Below, piece after piece: positions 9,094-17,998 of a DNA stretch of 64,000 nucleotides. How positions within the stretch are numbered: position 1 is the stretch's first letter; each line of letters begins with the position of its first letter. The position numbers and the translations under genes were made by a program. Origin of the DNA: an uncultured Actinomycetes bacterium (GTDB lineage Bacteria > Actinomycetota > Acidimicrobiia > Acidimicrobiales > JACCXE01); assembly GCA_963722185.1 (NCBI GenBank), contig CAVRKD010000004.1, positions 386,918 through 450,917 on the forward strand. Direction: 5' to 3'. Below the pieces are notes generated by a model that was not told the origin of the DNA, searched no databases, and saw only the letters and a list, made by a program, of their open reading frames with translations.

Positions 9094-10275
9094 GTGCACA
9101 TCGGCTACACCGAAGAGCAAGAGAAGCTGCGCCAAGAGTTGCGCACCTATTACCGCGAGCTGCTCACGCCCGAGGTCGAAGCCGAGCTCGGCCACGAGCA
9201 CGGCGTCGGTCCGACCACGCGCCGCATCTTCAAGCAGATGGCGGCCGACGGCTGGGTCGGCATCGGCTGGCCCAAGGAGTACGGCGGCCAGGGCCGCAGC
9301 CAGCTCGAGCAGTTCGTGTTCTTCGACGAGTCGATGCGCTGCGGCGCGCCAGTCCCCATGCTCACCATCAACACCGTCGGTCCGACGATCATGCAGTTCG
9401 GGACCGACGAGCAGAAGAACGACTACCTGCCGCGCATCCTCAAGGGCGAGATCATGTTCTGCGTCGGCTACAGCGAACCCGGCGCCGGCACCGACCTCGC
9501 GTCGCTGCAGACCCGCGCCGTGCGCGACGGCGACGAGTACGTCATCAACGGCCAGAAGATCTTCACGCAGCCTGTCGACGCGACGCCGACTACGTGTGGC
9601 TCGCGGCGCGCACCAATCCCGACGTCAAGAAGCACAAGGGCATCTCGATCATCATCGTGCCGACGCGAAACGCCCGGCTTCTCGTTCCAACCGATGCACC
9701 TGCTGAGCGAACACGACATCAACCAGACGTACTACGACGACGTGCGTGTCCCCGTCAGCAACTGCGTCGGCGGCGAGAACAACGGTTGGAGCCTCATCAC
9801 CAACCAGCTCAACCACGAGCGGGTCACGTTGTGCTCGACGGGCATCCCCGAGTCGATGTTCAGCGAGGTGCGCCAGTACGCGCAGCAGACCAAGCTGGCC
9901 AACGGCCAGCGCGTGATCGACCAGGAGTGGGTGCAGATGAACCTGGCCAGGGTCTACGCCCGCCTCGAGTTCCTCAAGCTCATCAACTGGAAGGTGGCGT
10001 GGAGCGCCAGCACCGGCGCGGGGCTCAACGTCGCCGACGCGTCGACCATCAAGGTGTTCGGCACCGAGTTCTACCTCGAAGCGTTCCGGCTGCTGTTCGA
10101 GATCCTCGGCGAGGCGAGCTACCTCGTGAAGGACTCGCCGGAGGCCGTGCTCAAGGCCCGCCTCGAGCGGTACTACCGCAGCCTGCTGATCCTCACCTTC
10201 GGCGGCGGCGTCAACGAGGTCCAGCGCGATCTCATCGCCATGTTCGGCCTGGGCATGCCCCGGTCACTGCGTTAG
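9094..10275 (+). pseudogene. acyl-CoA dehydrogenase (alpha-type); -1/+1 compensating frameshift pair ~9580 and ~9668
   Basis: GTG 9094; WPKEYGGQG, CVGYSEPGAGTDLASLQTRAVRDGDEYVINGQKIF. The 90-nt stretch ADYVWLAARTNPDVKKHKGISIIIVPT lies in another frame, then the original frame resumes at ETPGFSFQPMH. Paralogue of 13339..14523. Confidence 0.85.
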
Positions 10276-10283
10276 GAGCCGCG

Positions 10284-11270
10284 ATGGATTTTGGATTCAG
10301 CGAAGAACAGGACGCGGTGCGTGAACTGACCATGCAGATCCTGACCGACAAGTGCACCCACGAGCGGTTGCGCGAGCTGGAAAAGGCCGGGGAGTACTTC
10401 GACCGCGACAGCTGGGCCACGTTGGCGCAGGCCGGCTTGCTCGACGGGTTCGGCTTCATCGAGACGTGTCTCATGCTCGAACAAGTCGGTCGCACCTCCG
10501 CGCCGATCCCGCTGCTACCGACCCTGACAACCGCGGCGGCGCTGGCGCACTTTGGCCACACAGACCTGCTGCCGGGCGTCGCCGCCGGTGAGCGCGTGCT
10601 CACGAGCGCGCTCGTCGAAAGTCCCGACGACGGCATCAAGATCTGTGTACCCGCCGGCCTCGAGGCGACGCACGCGCTGGTCGACCAACCCGATGGGCTG
10701 TTCCTGGTCGACCTCGAGGGGCCGGGAGTGGAACGCACGCGGCTCGACACCACCTCGGGCATCCCCGAAGCGCGCATCGACTTCCGCGGCGCGGCGACAA
10801 CGCAGATCGGCGGGCGCGACGCCGTCGAGTGGCTGACCGAGCGGATGACGGTCGCCTTGTGCGCCGTGATGCTCGGCTGCTGCGAGCAGGCGCTCACGAT
10901 GACGGCGTCCTATGCCGGCACCCGCCAGCAGTTCGACAAGCCCATTGGTACGTTCCAAGCCGTCGGCCAACGCGCGGCGGACGCCTACATCGACACCGAA
11001 GCGATTCGCCTCACGATGTGGCAAGCGGCATGGCGGCTGTCCGAAGGCCTGCCGTCGGCCGCGGAGGTGGCGACGGCCAAGTTCTGGGCGGCGGAAGGCG
11101 GGCAGCGCGTCGTGCACGCGGCGCAGCACATCCACGGCGGCATCGGCGTCGACCGCGACTACCCGTTGCACCGCTACTTCCTGTGGGCCAAGCAACTCGA
11201 GCTCAGCCTCGGCGGCGCCACCAAGCAACTGCGCAAGCTGGGCGCCCTCCTTGCTGCGGAGCCGGTGTAG
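10284..11270 (+). CDS. acyl-CoA dehydrogenase family protein, beta-type subunit
   Basis: ATG 10284 lies 9 nt after the upstream stop. MDFGFSEEQDAVREL, YAGTRQQFDKPIGTFQAVGQRAAD, HIHGGIGVDRDYPLHRYF. Confidence 0.8.
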   Translation: MDFGFSEEQDAVRELTMQILTDKCTHERLRELEKAGEYFDRDSWATLAQAGLLDGFGFIETCLMLEQVGRTSAPIPLLPTLTTAAALAHFGHTDLLPGVAAGERVLTSALVESPDDGIKICVPAGLEATHALVDQPDGLFLVDLEGPGVERTRLDTTSGIPEARIDFRGAATTQIGGRDAVEWLTERMTVALCAVMLGCCEQALTMTASYAGTRQQFDKPIGTFQAVGQRAADAYIDTEAIRLTMWQAAWRLSEGLPSAAEVATAKFWAAEGGQRVVHAAQHIHGGIGVDRDYPLHRYFLWAKQLELSLGGATKQLRKLGALLAAEPV

Positions 11271-11272
11271 TC

Positions 11273-11761
11273 ATGGCAGAGAACCAGCGCTCTGCCATCA
11301 CCATGGACCACGACGAGATGGTCGCATTCCTCAACGCCAGCCGCACGATGACGTTGGCCACGAACGGACCGAGCGGCCACCCGCACGTGGTGGCGATGTG
11401 GTTCGCCGTCGTCGACCAGCAGATCTGGTTCGAGACGAAGATGAAGTCGCAGAAGGTCAAGAACTTGCTGCGCGACCCACGCATCACGTGCTCGATCGAA
11501 GCCGGCCTCACCTACGACCAGTTGCGCGGCGTCTCGTTCGAGGGCACGGCCGAGATCGTGCACGATCCCGACGCGCTGTGGCGCGTTGGCCTCAGCGTGT
11601 GGGAGCGGTACCAGGGCCCGTACACCGACGACCTCAAGCCGATGGTCGAGATGATGCTCAACAAGCGCGTCGCCGTGAGGGTCAACGTCGAGCGGGCCCG
11701 TAGCTGGGATCATCGCAAGATGGGAATGCCGCCGATGGAAGTGGGGGGCAGCACCGCCTGA
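11273..11761 (+). CDS. PPOX-class (pyridoxamine 5'-phosphate oxidase-like) probable F420-dependent enzyme
   Basis: 162 aa; MTLATNGPSGHPHVVAMWFAVVDQQIWFETKMKSQKVKNLLRDPRITC is the typical split-barrel flavin/deazaflavin-binding family signature. Confidence 0.7.
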   Translation: MAENQRSAITMDHDEMVAFLNASRTMTLATNGPSGHPHVVAMWFAVVDQQIWFETKMKSQKVKNLLRDPRITCSIEAGLTYDQLRGVSFEGTAEIVHDPDALWRVGLSVWERYQGPYTDDLKPMVEMMLNKRVAVRVNVERARSWDHRKMGMPPMEVGGSTA

Positions 11762-11774
11762 TGTCGACGACACC

Positions 11775-12365
11775 ATGAGCACCACACCCTCGCCCGAAGT
11801 CCTCACCCGATCACAGCACGCGCGGCGCGCCCGCGTTATCGAAGCCGCCATCGAACTGGCGACCGAGGGCGGCTACGACGCCGTGCAGATGCGCGACGTC
11901 GCGGCGCGCGCCGGCGTCGCGCTCGGCACCGTGTACCGCTACTTCAGCTCGAAGGACCATCTTCTCGCCGCCGCGCTGCTGGAGTGGGCCCGCAACCTCG
12001 AAGGCAACGGCAACGCCCGGATGATGCCCGCTGGCGACACGCCGGTCGACCGCATCGTCGCCGTGATCCGCCGGATTACCCGCGCCTCGGGGCGCCAACC
12101 GGAGTTGTTCGCCGCGTTGATCACGGCGATCACGGCGCCCGACCCCGCGGTGTCGGAGTGTCAGGCGCAGGTGCAGCGCATCGTGGCGGCGGTGCTGTCG
12201 TTCCCGCTCGAAGGCGTCGACCCGGACATCCGCGAAGGAACGGTGCGCGTGCTGACGCACGTGTGGTTTGCCTCGCTGCTCGGCTGGGTCAACGGCTGGA
12301 CGGCGATGGCGCAGGTGGGCGAGGAGATGGAGTTCGCCGCCCGCCTATTACTCCGTGACCAATAG
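11775..12365 (+). CDS. kstR: TetR-family repressor, KstR orthologue (steroid catabolism master repressor)
   Basis: GGYDAVQMRDVAARAGVALGTVYRYFSSKDHLL and the C-terminal HVWFASLLGWVNGW...AARLLLRDQ closely track my recollection of M. tuberculosis KstR (GGYEAVQMRAVADRADVAVGTLYRYFPSKVHLL ... DVWLSNLLAWL...AVRLLIGDQ). KstR boxes surround it. Confidence 0.8.
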   Translation: MSTTPSPEVLTRSQHARRARVIEAAIELATEGGYDAVQMRDVAARAGVALGTVYRYFSSKDHLLAAALLEWARNLEGNGNARMMPAGDTPVDRIVAVIRRITRASGRQPELFAALITAITAPDPAVSECQAQVQRIVAAVLSFPLEGVDPDIREGTVRVLTHVWFASLLGWVNGWTAMAQVGEEMEFAARLLLRDQ

Positions 12366-12381
12366 GTTTCTTGTCCAAAAC

Positions 12382-12395
12382 TAGAATCTGTTCTA
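12382..12395. promoter_or_regulatory. KstR operator-like box TAGAATCTGTTCTA
   Basis: One mismatch to TnnAACnnGTTnnA (AAT for AAC). Extended palindrome ACTAGAAnnnnTTCTAGT. Sits between the kstR stop and the Hsd4A-like SDR start (12427). Confidence 0.6.
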
Positions 12396-12426
12396 GTCTC
12401 GTTTCACCGCAACGGAAGGGCGATTC

Positions 12427-13338
12427 ATGGCAGGAGTTTGCGCAGGCCGCGTAGTAATCGTGACGGGCTCCGGCCGGGGAATCGGTCGCGGTCATGCTCT
12501 CGAATTCGCCCGTCAGGGAGCCAAGGTCGTGGTCAACGACCTCGGCGCGGAACCCGACGGCACCGGTAGTTCCGCAGGCCCTGCGGGCGAGGTGGTCGAC
12601 GCCATTCGCGCCATGGGCGGAGAAGCGATCGCCAACGGCGACGACGTCAGCGACTTCGACGCCGCCGGTCGCTTAGTGCAAAGCGCCATCGACGCCTTCG
12701 GTGGGCTCGACGTGCTCGTGTGCAACGCCGGCATCCTGCGCGACCGCATGCTGGTGAGCATGTCGGAAGCCGAGTTCGACGCCGTGATCAAGGTGCACCT
12801 CAAGGGCACGTTCGCGCCGATGCACCACGCGGCCAACCACTGGCGCAATCGCGTCAAGGCCGGCGAGACCAACGACGCCCGCATCATCAACACCAGTTCG
12901 GCGGCGGGGCTGTTCGGCAACGTCGGCCAGAGCAATTACGCGGCGGCCAAGGCGGGCATCGCGGCAATGACGCGCGTGGCGTCGGCCGAGCTCGGCAACT
13001 ACGGCGTCACCGCCAACGCCATCGCGCCCATCGCCCGTACGCGCATGACCGAGGGACTGTTTCCCGACGCTATGAAGACGCCGACCGACGGTTTCGACGC
13101 CATGGCGGCCGACAACGTCGCGCCGTTCGTCGTGTGGCTCGGCAGTCCTGACTCGCGCGACGTCACCGGCCAGGTATTCGAAGTCGACGGCGGCAAGATC
13201 TCCGTGGCCACCGGTTGGCAACACGGCCCCGAGATCAACCGCGGCGACCGCTGGGAGCCGGCCGACATCGGTCCGGCCGTGCGCGACTTGTTGGCCAAAG
13301 CCACACCGAACGTCCCGGTCATCGGCTCGCGGGCTTAA
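12427..13338 (+). CDS. short-chain dehydrogenase, Hsd4A-like (MFE-2-type 3-hydroxyacyl-CoA / 17beta-hydroxysteroid dehydrogenase)
   Basis: VVIVTGSGRGIGRGHALEFARQGAKVVVNDLG, NAGILRD, SNYAAAKAG (YxxxK). Preceded by a KstR box. Confidence 0.75.
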   Translation: MAGVCAGRVVIVTGSGRGIGRGHALEFARQGAKVVVNDLGAEPDGTGSSAGPAGEVVDAIRAMGGEAIANGDDVSDFDAAGRLVQSAIDAFGGLDVLVCNAGILRDRMLVSMSEAEFDAVIKVHLKGTFAPMHHAANHWRNRVKAGETNDARIINTSSAAGLFGNVGQSNYAAAKAGIAAMTRVASAELGNYGVTANAIAPIARTRMTEGLFPDAMKTPTDGFDAMAADNVAPFVVWLGSPDSRDVTGQVFEVDGGKISVATGWQHGPEINRGDRWEPADIGPAVRDLLAKATPNVPVIGSRA

Positions 13339-14523
13339 GTGCACCTGGAGGAGACGGCCGAGCAGCGCGCGCTCCGAGAGGAACTCCGCGCTTACTTCGC
13401 CAATCTCCTCACGCCCGAGGTACGCGCCGAACTGGCGGCGGACAAGGAAGGTGGCCCGGTCTTCCGCCGGCTCGTCAAGCAGATGGGCACCGACGGGTGG
13501 TTGGGTGTCGGCTGGCCGACACAGTTCGGCGGCCAGGGCCGGCCACCCACCGACCAGTTCATCTTCTTCGACGAAGTGCAACGCGCCGCCGCGCCCTTCC
13601 CGTTCGTGACGCTCAACACCGTGGGGCCCACGCTCATGGCCTTCGGGTCCGGTGAACAGAAGGCGACGCTGCTGCCGGGCATCCTCCGCGGCGAGATCAA
13701 CTTCGCCATCGGCTACACCGAACCCGAGGCGGGCACCGACCTGGCGTCGCTGCGCACCCGCGCCGTGCGCGACGGCGACGAGTACGTCATCAACGGCAAC
13801 AAGATCTTCACCAGCCAGGCCGATCAGGCCGACTACGTGTGGCTGGCGGTACGAACCGATGTCGAGGCGCCGAAGCACCGCGGCATCTCGATTCTGCTCG
13901 TGCCGACCTCGTCGCCCGGCTTCAGCGTTACGCCGATCATGACCGTCGGCGGCACGAAGACGACCGCCACGTACTACGACGACGTGCGCGTGCCCGTCAG
14001 CAACCTCGTCGGCGAGGAGAACGCCGGCTGGCGGATGATCACCACGCAGCTCAACCACGAGCGCGTCGGGCTGGCCGCGCTCGGCGGCCTGGCGCATCGC
14101 CTGTGGGACGACGTGGCCCGCTACGCCGCGGCTACCGACGCCAACGCCAATCAGAAGCTCATCGAGATTCCGTGGGTCCAGCTCGACCTGGCGCGCACGT
14201 ACGCCAAGTTGGAAGCGATGCGGCTACTGAACTGGCGCATGACCGCCGCGGTCACCGACGGATCGCTCGGCCCGGGCGACGCGTCGGCGGTGAAGGTCTA
14301 CGGCACCGAGACCGCGGTCGAGGTGTACCGCGTCTTGACCGGCGTGGTCGGCGCCGCCGGCTACGTCCGCCCCGGTTCGCCCGGCGCGGTACTCGCCGGT
14401 GAGCTGGAACGCGCCGGGCGGTGGGCGCAGGTCAATACGTTCGGCGGCGGCGTCAACGAAGTGCAGCGCGAGATCGTGGCGACGGCCGCGCTCGGCATGG
14501 CTCGCCAGGCTCGCGGCGCATGA
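13339..14523 (+). CDS. acyl-CoA dehydrogenase (alpha-type)
   Basis: 394 aa, GTG start immediately after the SDR stop. WPTQFGGQG, IGYTEPEAGTDLASLRTRAVRDGDEYVINGNKIFTS, GGGVNEVQREIV. Confidence 0.85.
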   Translation: MHLEETAEQRALREELRAYFANLLTPEVRAELAADKEGGPVFRRLVKQMGTDGWLGVGWPTQFGGQGRPPTDQFIFFDEVQRAAAPFPFVTLNTVGPTLMAFGSGEQKATLLPGILRGEINFAIGYTEPEAGTDLASLRTRAVRDGDEYVINGNKIFTSQADQADYVWLAVRTDVEAPKHRGISILLVPTSSPGFSVTPIMTVGGTKTTATYYDDVRVPVSNLVGEENAGWRMITTQLNHERVGLAALGGLAHRLWDDVARYAAATDANANQKLIEIPWVQLDLARTYAKLEAMRLLNWRMTAAVTDGSLGPGDASAVKVYGTETAVEVYRVLTGVVGAAGYVRPGSPGAVLAGELERAGRWAQVNTFGGGVNEVQREIVATAALGMARQARGA

Positions 14524-15437
14524 GTGACTTCGTGGAGCGCTTGAAAGGCTTTGAAGGCCGCGTGGTCGGCGAGCCCTTCGTGGCGCTCGACGAGGTGAAC
14601 GCCGCCATGATCCGCCACTGGTGCGACGCCATCGGCGACCACAACCCGATCTACCTCGACGACGAGGCGGCGCGCGCCGCCGGCCATCCCGGCATCGTCG
14701 CCCCGCCCACGATGCTGCAAGCCTGGACGATGAAGGGTGTCAGCGGAGGTCGACTCGCCAACCTGCGCGGCGAGTTGCTCGACCTGCTCGACAGCGCGGG
14801 CTTCACGTCCGCCGTGGCGACCAACACCGAGCAGGAGTACCTGCGCTACCTGGTGGTCGGCGATCGCGTCAGCTCCACCATGACGATCGAGTCTGTGTCG
14901 GAGGAGAAGACCACCGCCCTGGGCGCGGGCCACTTCTTCACCACATTGGAGGAGTACCGCGACGCGGCTGGGGAGCTGGTTGGCATTTGCCGGTTCCGGA
15001 TTCTCAAGTTCGCGCCGCACGACAAGCCGGCCGTGCGCCCGCTGCGACCCCGGCCTTCGATCACGCATGACAACGCCTTCTTCTTCGAAGGCGCCAAGCA
15101 CGGGCACCTGCACATCCAGCGCTGCGTCGGCTGCCGTGATCTTCGCCACCCGCCAGGGCCGATGTGCCCGAAGTGTCACTCGCTCGAGTGGGACACGATC
15201 GTCGCCAGCGGCCGCGGCACTGTGTACAGCTACGTCGTCAATCACTACCCGGAGGTGCCGGCGTTCGACTACCCACTGCTGGTCGCGGTGATCGAACTCG
15301 AAGAGGGCGTGCGGCTGGTGTCGAATCTCATCGACGTGGATCCAGCCGACGTCACCATCGGTATGCCCGTCGAGTGCGAGATGGTCGAGTTCGACGAAGA
15401 CCTGACGCTGCCGCAGTTTCGTCCGAGGGTCGCGTAA
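14520..15437 (+). CDS. chsH2: MaoC-like hydratase subunit fused to a C-terminal DUF35 OB-fold/Zn-ribbon domain (ChsH2-like)
   Basis: ATGA overlap with the upstream ACAD. N-terminal hot-dog MIRHWCDAIGDHNPIYLD..GHPGIVAPPTM. C-terminal LHIQRCVGCRDLRHPPGPMCPKCHS..GTVYSYVV (Zn-ribbon plus OB). Confidence 0.75.
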   Translation: MSDFVERLKGFEGRVVGEPFVALDEVNAAMIRHWCDAIGDHNPIYLDDEAARAAGHPGIVAPPTMLQAWTMKGVSGGRLANLRGELLDLLDSAGFTSAVATNTEQEYLRYLVVGDRVSSTMTIESVSEEKTTALGAGHFFTTLEEYRDAAGELVGICRFRILKFAPHDKPAVRPLRPRPSITHDNAFFFEGAKHGHLHIQRCVGCRDLRHPPGPMCPKCHSLEWDTIVASGRGTVYSYVVNHYPEVPAFDYPLLVAVIELEEGVRLVSNLIDVDPADVTIGMPVECEMVEFDEDLTLPQFRPRVA

Positions 15438-16369
15438 TGGACTTCACCGTCAGCGACGACCAGCTCGCCGTGCGCGACCTCGCGCAGCAGATCTTCATGG
15501 GCGGGGGCACGTGGCGCGACCTCGCCGACGCCGACTTGCTTGGTTTGTGCGTGCCCAAGGCGCACGGCGGGAGTGGTCACGGCATGGTCGAGTTGTGTCT
15601 CATGCTCGTCGAACAGGGCCGGACGTTGGCCGACGTGCCACTGCTCGAGACGATCGGCCTCGGCGCCATGCCGCTCGCGCGGTTCGGGACCGAGCTGCAG
15701 CAGAAGGAGTGGCTGCCGGGTGTGATCAGCGGCGACGTGGTCTTGACGACTGCCTTCGAGTCGATCGCGGTTCCCGCCGGCAATATCGCCGACCGCGTGC
15801 TGTGTGTGCAGCCCGATGGCGTCTTCCTCGCTGATCCGATCCGCGAGAAGGTCGAAACGACCGACCAGCGCGACGCCGCCAATGTGACGTTCAACGGGGG
15901 TGAGGAACTTCCCAGTGCCGATGTGACATGGATGCTGCAGCGCGCCCACGTGGCCCTCGCCGCGCTCCAACTGGGCGTCGCCCAGGAAGCGCTGCGCATC
16001 ACGGCGGAGTACGTCTCGAACCGCGAGCAGTTCGGCAAGCCGCTCTCGACGTTCCAGGGCGTCTCGCTCCGCGCCGCCGACGCGTACATCGATACCAGCG
16101 CGATGGAAGTCACGCTGTGGCAGGCGGCGTGGCGACTCGATGCCGGAGTCGACGCCACCAAGGAAGTGGCCATCGCCAAGTGGTGGGCCGCCGAGGGCGG
16201 CGAACGCGTCGTGTACGCCACGCAGCACCTCCACGGCGGCATGGGGGCGGATGTCGACTACCCGATTCACCGCTACTTCCTGTGGGGCAAGCAGATCGCC
16301 GGCGCCCTCGGCGGGGCCAGCGCCCAACTGGCGCGCCTGGGCGCTCGGATCGCCGAGGAGTACCGATGA
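15437..16369 (+). CDS. acyl-CoA dehydrogenase family protein, beta-type subunit
   Basis: TAATG overlap with the upstream gene. YVSNREQFGKPLSTFQGVSLRAAD, HLHGGMGADVDYPIHRYF. Likely partner of 13339..14523 although separated from it by chsH2. Confidence 0.8.
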   Translation: MDFTVSDDQLAVRDLAQQIFMGGGTWRDLADADLLGLCVPKAHGGSGHGMVELCLMLVEQGRTLADVPLLETIGLGAMPLARFGTELQQKEWLPGVISGDVVLTTAFESIAVPAGNIADRVLCVQPDGVFLADPIREKVETTDQRDAANVTFNGGEELPSADVTWMLQRAHVALAALQLGVAQEALRITAEYVSNREQFGKPLSTFQGVSLRAADAYIDTSAMEVTLWQAAWRLDAGVDATKEVAIAKWWAAEGGERVVYATQHLHGGMGADVDYPIHRYFLWGKQIAGALGGASAQLARLGARIAEEYR

Positions 16370-16756
16370 TGAAGGTTCAGGTTGGTGACACGCTGCCGCC
16401 GCTCGACGTGCCTCTCACGCGCACGCTGATCGTCGCCACGGCCATCGCGTCGCGCGATTACCAGGACGTGCACCACGACACGGAGCTGGCCCGCGAACGC
16501 GGCTCGAAAGACATCTTCATGAACATCCACACCACCAACGGATTCGTGGGCCGCCTCGTCACGGACTGGGCGGGACCGAGCGCCTTCATCAACCGCGTGG
16601 CGGTGCGTCTCGGCGCACCGAACTATCCGGGCGACACCATGCACCTCACCGGACACGTCGAGCGCGGTGGAGGGCAACGTCGTCACCGTTGACGTGCGCG
16701 GTGCCAACGACCTCGGCGACCACGTCACGGGCACCGTCACGGTGACGCTGCGATGA
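16366..16756 (+). pseudogene. chsH1: MaoC-like (R)-hydratase small subunit (ChsH1-like); one frameshift ~16665
   Basis: ATGA overlaps at both ends. RDYQDVHHDTELARERGSKDIFMNIHTTNGFVGRLVTDW. The C-terminus VEGNVVTVDVRGANDLGDHVTGTVTVTLR lies in the next frame. Confidence 0.7.
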
Positions 16757-17926
16757 CGAGCATCGCCGGTACGACGGCCATCGCCGGCATCGGCGCCACG
16801 GAGTTCTCGAAGGACTCCGGCCGCAGCGAACTGCGCCTCGCGGTTGAAGCGGTGAAGGCGGCGCTGGACGACGCCGGCATCGCGCCGAGCGAGGTCGACG
16901 GCATGGTCACGTTCACCATGGACAACAACCCCGAGATCGAAGTGGCGCGCAACCTCGGCATGAACGACCTCAAGCTGTTCAGCCGCATCCACTACGGCGG
17001 AGGGGCGGGCGCGGCGACGGTGCTGCAGGCAGCGATGGCGGTGGCCACCGGCGTGGCCGACGTGGTCGTGTGTTACCGCGCCTTCAACGAGCGCTCCGGT
17101 CGCCGCTTCGGTGCCGGAGTGCAGGACCGGCCACCGGCGGCGAACACGGAAACGGCGCACTACTCGTGGTACTCGCCGTACGGCCTCGTCACGCCCGCGC
17201 AATGGGTGGCGATGTTCGCCCGTCGCTACATGCACACCTTCGGCGCGACGACCGAGGACTTCGGTCGCGTCGCCGTGGCCGACCGCTTCCACGCCTCGAC
17301 CAATCCGGCCGCCTGGTTCTACGGCAAACCGATCACGCTCGAGGACCACCAGCAGTCACGCTGGATCTCCGAGCCGCTGCGCTCTGCTCGACTGCTGCCA
17401 GGAGAGCGACGGCGCGCAGGCCCTCGTCATCACCAGCGTCGAGCGGGCGCGTGACTGCCCGCAGCCGCCGGCGGTGATCGCCGCCGCCGCCCAAGGCGCG
17501 TCGAAGGGTCAGCAGATGATGACGAGCTATTACGACGACGACATGGCCGGCCTGCCCGAGATGGGCGTGGTGGCGCGACAGCTGTGGGAGTCCTCGGGGC
17601 TCAGCCCAGCTGACATTCAGACGGCGGTGCTCTACGACCACTTCACGCCGTTCGTGCTGTGCCAGCTCGAAGAGTTCGGCTTCTGCGGGCGCGGCGAGGC
17701 GAAGGACTTCATCGTCGACGCCGGCATCCAGCTGGGCGGCCGCCTGCCCATCAACACCAACGGCGGGCAGCTCGGCGAGGCGTATATCCACGGCATGAAC
17801 GGCATCGCCGAGGGCGTGCGCCAAGTGCGCGGCACCAGCGTTAACCAGGTGCCAGGCGCGCAACACGTGCTGGTCACCGCGGGAACCGGGGTTCCAACCA
17901 GCGGGCTCATCCTGGGACGCGCGTGA
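16753..17926 (+). pseudogene. ltp2: thiolase-fold lipid-transfer protein / retro-aldolase (Ltp2-like); one frameshift ~17383
   Basis: ORFs 16753..17454 and 17111..17926 join at PLR/LLDCCQESDGAQA. NTNGGQLGEAYIHGMNGI. Sits downstream of the chsH pair, as in the mycobacterial igr operon. Confidence 0.75.
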
Positions 17927-17934
17927 AGCCTGCG

Positions 17935-17950
17935 TGTGACGTGCGTCACA
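17935..17950. promoter_or_regulatory. perfect CRP/FNR-family-type palindrome TGTGACGTGCGTCACA (TGTGA-N6-TCACA)
   Basis: 16-bp perfect inverted repeat, 9 nt after the ltp2 stop and 49 nt upstream of the ABC-operon start. The 2-nt centre rules out an RNA hairpin. Confidence 0.5.
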
Positions 17951-17953
17951 CTT

Positions 17954-17970
17954 TCTGACGGTGCGTTAGA
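17954..17970. promoter_or_regulatory. motif 2 site TCTGACGGTGCGTTAGA
   Basis: One arm mismatch. The spacer GTG is the complement of CAC. Lies 29 nt upstream of the ABC-operon start 17999. Confidence 0.5.
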
Positions 17971-17998
17971 TTTCGACAACCACGAGGCCGGGGGGGCC

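Noticed and set aside
11775-12365. Calling the TetR regulator KstR2, because ipdAB/echA20 are in the window.
   Set aside because: Its HTH and C-terminal segments follow KstR (Rv3574-type) rather than KstR2 as I recall both sequences. The surrounding operators are of the KstR type as well.
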